Shown here piece after piece: positions 55,770 to 64,000 of a stretch of DNA of 64,000 bases. A model generated the notes under the pieces. That model worked only from the letters and a program-made list of their open reading frames with translations. It ran no database searches and was not told the origin of the DNA. Positions within the stretch are counted from its first letter, which is position 1, and the number at the start of each line of letters is the position of its first letter. Origin of the DNA: Eledone cirrhosa (taxonomy: Eukaryota); contig OZ024741.1 in the NCBI GenBank assembly GCA_964016885.1, positions 135,222,001-135,286,000 of the forward strand, given 5' to 3'. A program made the translations under genes and the position numbers.

Positions 55770-55955
55770 CTTGGCAGTATTGGTAGAGAGTCGGACACCA
55801 TGGTTTTTAGCATAGAGTTACGGCCCTTTATGATCTCAGTTCAAATCCCGCCGAGGTTAACTTTGCCTTTCATCCTTACGGGGTCGATAAAATAAAGTAC
55901 CAGTAACGTACTGGGGTAATTGCTGGCCTTGTGCCAAAAGTAGAAACAATTATTA
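55770..55955 (+). mobile_element. Young SINE family A
   Basis: TTGGCAGTATTGGTAGAG A-box-like and AGTTCAAATCCCGCCGAGG B-box; ends in an (ATT)n tail. Confidence 0.85.
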
Positions 55956-56489
55956 TTACTATTATCACTATTTGTACAAATATGCAACATAACAATATTC
56001 TGCAGATCTGCAATTGACAATGCATATAATGCTGAAACCAGTATTGTAAATAAATTGATGTTTTCATATCTCTCTGAAAAAAATCTCTTCAACATTTTCT
56101 ATTGAAAGAATCTTTTTCCTTTCTACTATTTGTTTTTATATATATTAACTCGTGTGTTACTTTTCTACATTCCATATATATATATATGATGGCTGCCCCC
56201 TCGTTATCAAGGATGGCCATTGCACGAGGAGAAAAAAACATATTAATAAATAAATAAAAAATAAAATAAAATAAAAAAAAGAAATATATATATATATATA
56301 TACACACATACACATACATATATACACACATACATATATACACATAAAAAAAAAATTAATAACAATAATAATAATAATAACAACAATAATAATAACGACA
56401 ACAACAACAATAATAATATACATATACATATATACATATACACACACACACATAAACATATACATATACACACACACACACAATAGCAA

Positions 56490-56936
56490 CTAACAGCGCT
56501 GCGATCGGATGTGGCTTTTTAGCTCAGCCAATGATCTAAAATGTCTTGCACAGAGTCGGCAACCAAAACATTCACTGGGAATAGCCGGCTGTGGTTGGAG
56601 TTCATGTACTTTTGCATGTCGCTTGAGCCCTCCTGCTGATTTACATTCTCTACCACATGTTTGGCAAGCATGATGAGTAGCACCTCCAACAGCAGCCTGG
56701 TAGTCAACCACTGGTCTTACTTTATGACTGCGAAGATGACTTTCGAGTCCAGCTCTGCTTAGGCAGAGTCTCGCACAGACGCTGCATGTCAGCACCATAG
56801 GAGGACCCTCGCCGTCTGGAAGTGCAACAGCAATGCCCTTCCTCACATCCCGCTTTATTTTCTCGTATGCGATTCGAGATGCCTCAAAGGCAACTTTTCC
56901 CTCATATACATCTCCATTTATTACGATCAGCAGCAA
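56490..56936 (-). pseudogene. RTE C-terminal extension with three C2H2-type zinc fingers (second frameshift)
   Basis: CSVCARLCLSRAGLESHLRSH; CQTCGRECKSAGGLKRHAKVH; CRLCARHFRSLAELKSHIRS(Q). Confidence 0.85.
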
Positions 56937-57852
56937 TATTTTCCCATGTATCAGCAGAGATGTTAGCGTTTTTCAAAGAGGCCTTCAAGGAATCCTTATA
57001 CCTCTTTTTTGGTTTATGTGGCGGACGTTTTCCTTTAACCAACTCTCCATAAAAGAGTTGTTTTGGTATTCTAGAATCCTTCATCCTGGCAAGGTGACCA
57101 CTCCAACGGGGTCGTTGCTTAAGCACAAGAGCTTCTATACCGTCACACATAGAGCTTTCCAAAATCTCGACATCACTGATGTGGTCCCTCCAGTGAACGC
57201 CATGGATCAGTCTGAGACACATCTGATGGAAACGCTCCAATTGCTTAAGGTGGTGTCGATATGTGACCCAGGTCTCGCAGGCATAAAGAAGACAAGAGAG
57301 CACACATGCCTTGTACACCTTCACCTTTGTACTCCTGCATATGTCTCGCCGACCCCAGAGTCGCCTTTCTAGCTTTCCGAAAGCATCACTTGCTTTCCTA
57401 ATCCTAAGTGAGATTTCACTGTCAAGGTTGCCGTATCGATTGACAGTGCTTCCCAGGTAGACAAAGTGATCAACCACTCCAAGTCGTTTACCATACATAT
57501 AGATATTTGGTTCAGTGTACTGCTTACCAGGAGCAGATTGGTACATGACGACGGTTTTCTTGAGACTGACAGTCAATCCTAGGGCAGTGCAAGCGTCAGA
57601 AAATGCATTCAAAATGTGCTGCATATCACTCTCTGTGTGCGCTACAAGATCGCAATCATCTGCATACAAGAGGTCTCTTATTATTGATGTAAATACTTTT
57701 GTCTTTGCAGCAAAGGGCCTGATGTTAAATATGCTGCCTGAGGTTCGATATCGGATGTAAACACCATGCTCGCAATTCCTGAATGCAATACAGAAAACCA
57801 TTGCAAAGTATATGGCAAACAGGGTCGGTGTTGGAATATCCCCCTGTTTCAC
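56902..57852 (-). pseudogene. RTE reverse transcriptase, C-terminal part (frameshifted from the upstream piece)
   Basis: KQGD.PTPTLF, LLYADD, FVYLGS, LLYACETW, RWSGHLARM, RIPKQLFYGEL. Confidence 0.95.
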
Positions 57853-57875
57853 TCCATTTTTTTTACTGAGATAGG

Positions 57876-58680
57876 CTACGACATGTTACCTCCGACATTA
57901 ACCCAAGCCTTGATGTCGTCATGGAAAGACCTAAATAAAGCAAGGAACTTATCAGGGAACCCAAATTTCTGGAGAACCTTCCATAATGCATCTCTGTTAA
58001 CAGTATCGAAAGTTTTTGTCAGATCGACAAAAACCTGATACAGATCCAAACCTTGTTCCATGCACTTCTCCTGGAGATGTCTAGCTGAGAAGATCATATC
58101 AGTAGTGCCGCGTCCAGCACGAAAACCAGATTGACTTTCAGGAAGAACACAATCTGCAATGTGTGTCAGCAGACGGTCCAGAAGCACCCTACATAAAACT
58201 TTCCCTACGACAGAAAGCAATGATATACCTCTGTAGTTCCCACAATCATTCCTGTTACCCTTTCCCTTGTACAAGACCACCATTACTGCATCTCTCCAGT
58301 CCTCAGGTACGGATTCATTAGCCCATATCCTGCCAAACAAAGAGTGAAGATATTGCAGGAGTCTCTCACCACCATATTGTAGGAGCTCAGCATGTATGCC
58401 ATCCATACCTGGAGACCTTCCACTGTTCAGCTTCAAGATAGCTACTGCAACCTCCACAAGCGTCGGAGGTTCTGCGAGAGCTACTTTCACAGGGCTTTCT
58501 GGAATGAGATTGAAGAAAACTTCACTGACGACAGGCGGCTGATTCAAAAGATCATCAAAGTGCTCTCGCCACCTTCGTAGAATTTCCTGTGAGTCACGAA
58601 GAAGTTCTTTGCCATCCTTGCTGCGAAGCGGTGTCACCAGATAAGAAGACGGTCCATAAACCTCACGCAAGAGACTGTAC
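57876..58680 (-). pseudogene. RTE reverse transcriptase, N-terminal part
   Basis: RWREHFDDLLN, GRSPGMDGIHAELL, YKGKGNRNDCGNYRGISLLSVVGK, LPESQSGFRAGRGTTDMIFSAR, FVDLTKTFDTVNR. Confidence 0.95.
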
Positions 58681-58763
58681 AACATTTTCTATTGAAAGAA
58701 TCTTTTTCCTTTCTACTATTTGTTTTTATATATATTAACTCGTGTGTGACTTTTCTACATTCG

Positions 58764-58818
<55 letters not shown>

Positions 58819-59030
58819 CTTTCCCTGAGTTCAGTCTTTTTCGTTGGTATGGCAATGCGGCTGGACTGCCGGTCGCTATATTTGATTTGCAAAGCTGTCT
58901 AAACATATTGTTATAACCCTGGGGTATTATTCTCCATCGAGTGCTAAAGCTACATTCCGAATCTGCATTCGTTAGCTTAGCCGCAGCCTAAAGCTTCGTT
59001 AATGCTGTACTAAAATTTGTATATATATAT

Positions 59031-59251
59031 GAGTAATAATAATAAATTTGAAGACTAAAATCCAAAGAGGGCTCGATAAGGATATATATATATCAAATAT
59101 ATAAGAACCGTAGAGAAAATATTTATTAAAATAACAGATTAAAGTTTAAGCAAAGAATCGCTGCTTTCACCCTTAACGGGATCTTCTGAAAGTTTCAGAA
59201 GATCCGTTAAGGGTGAAAGCAGCGATTTTTTGCTTAAACTTTAATCTGTTA

Positions 59252-59259
<8 letters not shown>
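59031..59259. mobile_element. Second copy of the 8180-8443 module; hammerhead-like arm
   Basis: Palindrome 59124-59259; arm consensus CAGAAGA TCCC GTTAA GGGT GAAA GCAGCGA TTC; (TA)n on both sides. Confidence 0.8.
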
Positions 59260-59312
<53 letters not shown>

Positions 59313-60605
59313 TGAAGTTTCCGTTGAAAATTGAAAAAATCATAGGAGTGAAGAGTGCTCTGTGTAAGTACCAGAGCAAAATTTAATGTATAATAAACAA
59401 TACAATATAATTACCTCATTACCAGAGGTTTCCCGAATAAGACGAATACGAAAAACGTTCTCATTCGTTCGTCGGACAAGGCAATTTAAAACATAGTGAA
59501 ATATTTGAAAAGTCTCCTCAAGAAATACAAGAGTTTAACGGGCAAAAAATATATAAATAAAAGTAATGCAAGAGACATATAAAAAAATAAGGAAATATAG
59601 TTAGGGTATGTGTATATGTATATAATATGTGTTGAAAAAGAAATTGTAAGATAATATAGTTAACACGCATCCAGATACAGGTATTAAATACACATACGAG
59701 TATGAAAGCACGCGTATAAACACACACACACGCGCGGTCACTTATATGCGGAAGATAAAGAGGAAAGGGAGAGTAATAGTAAAAAGAAGTGTCATTCTCG
59801 ATATATGTATAAAAATGAAACAATATATGAAAAAAATGTTTAAATCAAAGAGAAAGTAATCAATTAACACTAGAGAAAAGAAAACAAACATAGGTACGCA
59901 CGTACACACATATATATATGAAAAAATATTTATACACACAAATACGTACAGACAAAAGCGCATGCATGCGTACATACATACACACGAGGCACGTATATAT
60001 ATATATATATATCGCCACATGTATATCTAATCACACGTACGTACGCGACTATACATATACACCCATACATACATATACATATACACACATATACATACAC
60101 ATACACATACATTCACCCGCATACACACACACACGTATAAATAAGTATGTAAAAAACATAGATATAAAAACACACATACACACACATATATATACGTACG
60201 CACGTACACATACGGAGGCGTTCATATACATATACACAACGTATACACACATAAGCACACTCACACATATAGATACAGATTATAAACCAGCCGTATGAAT
60301 AAATGAGTACAAATATAAAATCGACTGCGAAACAACAGAATATATCTGGAGTTGAAAACGCAAGTGACATGTGATATCAGGTAGTGAAAGAAAATGGGGA
60401 AGTAAAATGCGAAATGTGAAGATATTAGGTAAGTGAATCGAAAAGTAGGGGGGGGGGGGGGGGTTACTGGTGGCTGTGAAGTAAAAATAAAAATAAAAAT
60501 AAAAATAAAAATAAAAATAAAAATAAAAATAAAAATAAAAATAAAAGTAAATCAGAAAGAGAAGTCTGTAAAGAGGATAATTTAAGGAAAGTGAAGAATA
60601 AGAGT

Positions 60606-61208
60606 TTATGGAGGATAAGTATCTGAAAGTGAGTTAAGTTTATATGAACTGGAAAGCAAGTGTGATTTCATGTGTGGGCAACTAGTGAAAATTTCTGTTT
60701 TTGTATTTAGGCAGGTTTTTGGTGATTTAAGGTTCTGTAAAATCCAATATTTTTCACTTATGCAGAGTATGCATCTTCTTGTTCCTCTTGCATATTCTTT
60801 AGATTGGTTCAAAATTGACCAATCCAATTTATATTGGATACCTTGGTCTTTCAAATCCCATATTCTGCTAGCCAGAGCTGTTGTGAATCTTTTTCCTGGA
60901 TGTCGGAAAGATGCGATATGTGAGTAATAACGCGTTTTGAATTTGTCTTGTGTCATACCCACATATCGTTTGCTGGTGGCTGGTTGGTTGTTGCTGATGG
61001 TTGTCACTTTAGCCGCATATACAATGGCTTTGGTGTTGCATTTACCTTGTAATGGGCATTCACTTTTGACTCTACAGGAGCAATTTTGATGTTCTCTGGG
61101 TGATTTCTTATTGATGATATAAAATTTAATAGGTGGACCGCAGAAGTAGTTAATGTTGACACAGTTTCTATTGAAGATCTTATAGTATCTATATGTTCTA
61201 GGGTTGTC
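60606..61208 (-). pseudogene. PLE linker plus GIY-YIG endonuclease; frame open for 200 codons
   Basis: My upstream extension of ORF 60606-61007 reads PRTYRYYKIFNRNCVNINYFCGPPIK...NCSCRVKSECPLQGKCNTKAIVYAAKV...YVGMTQ...RRCILCISEK...LNTKTEIFTSCPH. Confidence 0.85.
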
Positions 61209-61835
61209 CTAAGTTGTTGTATAGGTATTTTTATAGCCCGCTGTATGCCATTTTCTATAAGTAGAGATAGGTATTTTTGTTTGAGCAAAAATTCTCTCAG
61301 TTCTGTTAGGCGTTTGTTCCTGGTATTCGTATCTTCTAGAATGGTACAAATTCTTCTGGCTAGGCAGTATGGCATGTTGCGTTGTGTATGAGGTGGATGG
61401 CACGACTTAAAATTTAGATATTGATGGGTGTCTGTGTATTTATAGTATATATCCGTGGTAATGGTGGTGTAGTTTTTGATTACCATTATATCTAGGAATA
61501 GTAATTTGGTACTACTCATCTCTTTTGTAAAATGGAGAGCTGGGTGTAGGTTATTCAGAAGGATATTGAACTCATCCAGAGTATCTAGAGATTCTGTCCA
61601 GATGATGAAACAGTCGGCATGGTATCTCTTCCAAGACTTTTCAATGTACTTGCTAAATTCAGTACTATATTTTTCCTCTATTTCTTGGTAGAGTTGTTGT
61701 TCTATGTATCCCATTACAGAGTTCGCGTAAACGGGAGCAAACTCGTTCCCATAGCTGTACCGCTAATTTGGATGTAATTCTTTCTATTGAAGAAGAATGT
61801 GTCGTTTTCCAGAATAAGTCTGACTGCGTCTAAAC
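61204..61835 (-). pseudogene. PLE reverse transcriptase core/thumb (Neptune-like motifs), frameshift near 61740
   Basis: LILENDTFFFNRKNYIQISGTAMGT; APVYANSVMGYIE; LLNNLHPALHFT; TDIYYKYTDTHQYL; PYCLARRICTI. Confidence 0.85.
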
Positions 61836-61930
61836 AAACCGGAAATGTCTGCACTTAAACGTATACAAAATGTTAAAACAATAATAATCAAACAAGCAGA
61901 TAAAGTGGGGTGCAATTGTTATAATGGAGA

Positions 61931-62079
61931 CTCTGGTCTCTTCCCCTTCCCCCACTGTCCCCGGACCTGCAAGTCAAGGATCAGCCTCCACAGCCACCTT
62001 CACACCCACGGCAGACGGGAACAACAATGAAGAAGATGTCATCATCGTTTACGATGGACAACCAAGATATATATATATA
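61931..62079 (+). mobile_element. RTE LINE extreme 3' end (single C2H2 remnant plus terminus and (AT)n tail)
   Basis: FPFPHCPRTCKSRISLHSHLHTH, then GTCATCATCGTTTACGATGGACAACCAAG(AT)n. Confidence 0.75.
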
Positions 62080-62402
62080 GTAAATGAGTGAAGAATTCTG
62101 ATGATTTGGTCGGGTATCAACTGTAATTAAAATCGAGTGAGGTAGCTTCTTGCGATCAACGATTTTTAGACACACCGGACTAATGAAACAATTGTGAATA
62201 CTTTGAATAAACCCTATTGTACAGCCGACCACGTTATTCTTCACTCATTTATAATTATTACTCCAAGAACCGCTTACCCAGGAACTTTCTTAAATCGGCC
62301 ACCAAACTTCTTATTGAGTCAAACAACGCCGAATGTTAAAATTATACTCGATACAGAGTACTCATAACCTCTACTTGGATTACCTTAAACGATATCTTAA
62401 CT

Positions 62403-62439
<37 letters not shown>

Positions 62440-62440
62440 G

Positions 62441-62577
<137 letters not shown>

Positions 62578-63114
62578 CAAGTTGTGTAATTCACAAAGAA
62601 AAAACATACAGTTTCTTATATACTGTATATAAGATATTATTGATGTATAGGGTAAATTTTAAATGTTACTAATGACGTGTGAATAACTATTTCTATACAT
62701 CTTAATATGTTATAATTCTCCAATTAACTTGTCTTTTGATTCCTCTGCATAAAAATATGTTATACTTTATAGATTTGCCTGCCACTTTCTAGAATACTTA
62801 ATTGCACACGTAACCTCAAATTTATTTGTATTAAGGTATATTGATAAATTTTCCTCCTTTCCCCCCAACTATTGCGTTTCAATAAATATCAATAATTTTT
62901 AATTGAGATAGATTAGATATGGATTTTCATAGCTTCGCAATGTTTCTTACTATATATGTTCGATCAGTGTATGATGATAGTGGTAATGTCAATCAGGTCG
63001 ATTTTACACACCTACTGACCCAGTTTAAATATGAACAACATTCAAACATACTCCTCTCTTAACTGTTTTGATCTCATTACATCCCTGTTGATATTTAGAT
63101 TCCTACTCATGACT

Positions 63115-63810
63115 AGTAAAGCTACTTGACTTAGCGGTTACCGTGATGGGCTCATGAATCTAAAGTCTGGAGATCTCTAACTAGGGGGAGCAAGACACTT
63201 TACTTCACATTGCTCTAGTCCACTCAGCTGGAAAAGTAAATTGCGATGTAAATGGTGCCAATTCGTATCAGTTTTTGCTTTCTTTTGGACACCATATAGT
63301 GTATATACACCATATATTATATAAAAAGAAGTGATACCGTATCACGTATGCATCTTCAGTTTATGTAATAAGCTGAAGATGCATAGGTGATACCGTCTTT
63401 CAACGTTTGTATAATATTGACACACCGATAGTACCCACGTCATGGAATACTTACGCCTGATTACACTACAGTCAGTCGATTGCTGGATCAACCAACACTG
63501 ATTACTTGGAATTATATATATGTATATATATATAGCGTATATGTAATGTATTTGTTGCAACGACATTATATAAAGTCTATGTTGTGTATATATTGTGTAT
63601 ATATTGGTTGTGATGACGCAAGTGCTAAGGTGTATTAGCCTCTGCGTTTCCCTTGGACAACATCGGTGCCACGAAGAGGGGAGACTGGCGTGCATGGGTG
63701 ACTGCTGGTCTTCCACAAAACACCTTGCCCTGGCTTGTGTCACAGAATGACAGACCCACGGGTAAGTTAGTCAATCAATTGTGCGGAATATAAAGCCAGT
63801 CTGAACGGAA
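63115..63810 (+). mobile_element. Decayed SINE (family B-like head, distinct tail also seen at 23700-23870) flanked by long direct repeats
   Basis: GACTTAGCGGTTA...GAGCAAGACACTTTACTTCAC.TTGCTC.AGTCCACTCAGCTGG head; tail CCCTTGGACAACATC...TGCATGGG.GACTGC; flanks 62984-63111 / 63824-63947. Confidence 0.65.
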
Positions 63811-64000
63811 GTGTGTTATTTGCTAATGCGAATCAAATAGACTTTTCACAGCTCCTGACCTAATTTAAATTTGAATAACTTTCAAGTATTCTCCTGTCTT
63901 CTATTTAGCATCATTAACATAGTGTTGATATTCAGATCGTTCTCATGGATACAATATTCACACATTTTCCCCACGGTATTCAATGCTTAACTCTCCCATT

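Larger units (their letters stand above)
56173..58680 (-). mobile_element. 5'-truncated RTE (BovB-like) LINE with (AT)n tail and ~82-bp target-site duplication
   Basis: RT ORF pieces listed below; 3' terminus GCCATCCTTGATAACGAGGGGGCAGCCATC(AT)n; direct repeat 56091-56172 = 58681-58762 with 1 mismatch. Confidence 0.92.
59308..61930 (-). mobile_element. Penelope-like retroelement, 5'-truncated and 5'-inverted, inactive
   Basis: RT motifs YIQISGTAMGT/FAPVYAN, RYHADCFIIW (YxDD lost), FLDIMV, HQYLNFKSCHP; GIY-YIG IVY...YVGMT...FKTRYYSH; 3' UTR colinear with 22030-23527 and ending at (TA)n. Confidence 0.92.

Noticed and set aside
56833-57372. 179-aa plus-strand ORF
   Set aside because: Antisense shadow of the RTE RT frame.
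62098-62140. CTGATGA as a further hammerhead
   Set aside because: No correctly placed GAAA or stem III downstream; likewise CTGATGA at 44633.

Overview
AT-rich, microsatellite-saturated eukaryotic DNA, probably intergenic or intronic. The SINE families and the (AT)n/(CA)n/(GA)n load resemble octopus (coleoid cephalopod) genomes; this is inference, not a database result. I find no intact host gene, and nearly all listed ORFs are translations of simple repeats. Recognisable content: a decayed mariner (13.2-14.5 kb); a 5'-truncated RTE LINE with three C-terminal C2H2 fingers and an ~82-bp target duplication (56.1-58.8 kb); two copies of a Penelope-like element (PLE; 21.6-23.5 kb and 59.3-61.9 kb), the longer apparently joining a Neptune-type RT to a Hydra-type GIY-YIG endonuclease; Helitron-, Tigger- and hAT-like non-autonomous elements; many tRNA-derived SINEs; and several minisatellites. 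The most striking unexplained structure is a dense set of short, sequence-unrelated modules in or beside (TA)n tracts. Many are inverted repeats, and many carry minimal type-I hammerhead ribozyme folds (CTGAnGA-stem II-GAAA-palindromic stem III-UH). A second class of fold-back or templated duplications is centred on the (AT)n tracts themselves.
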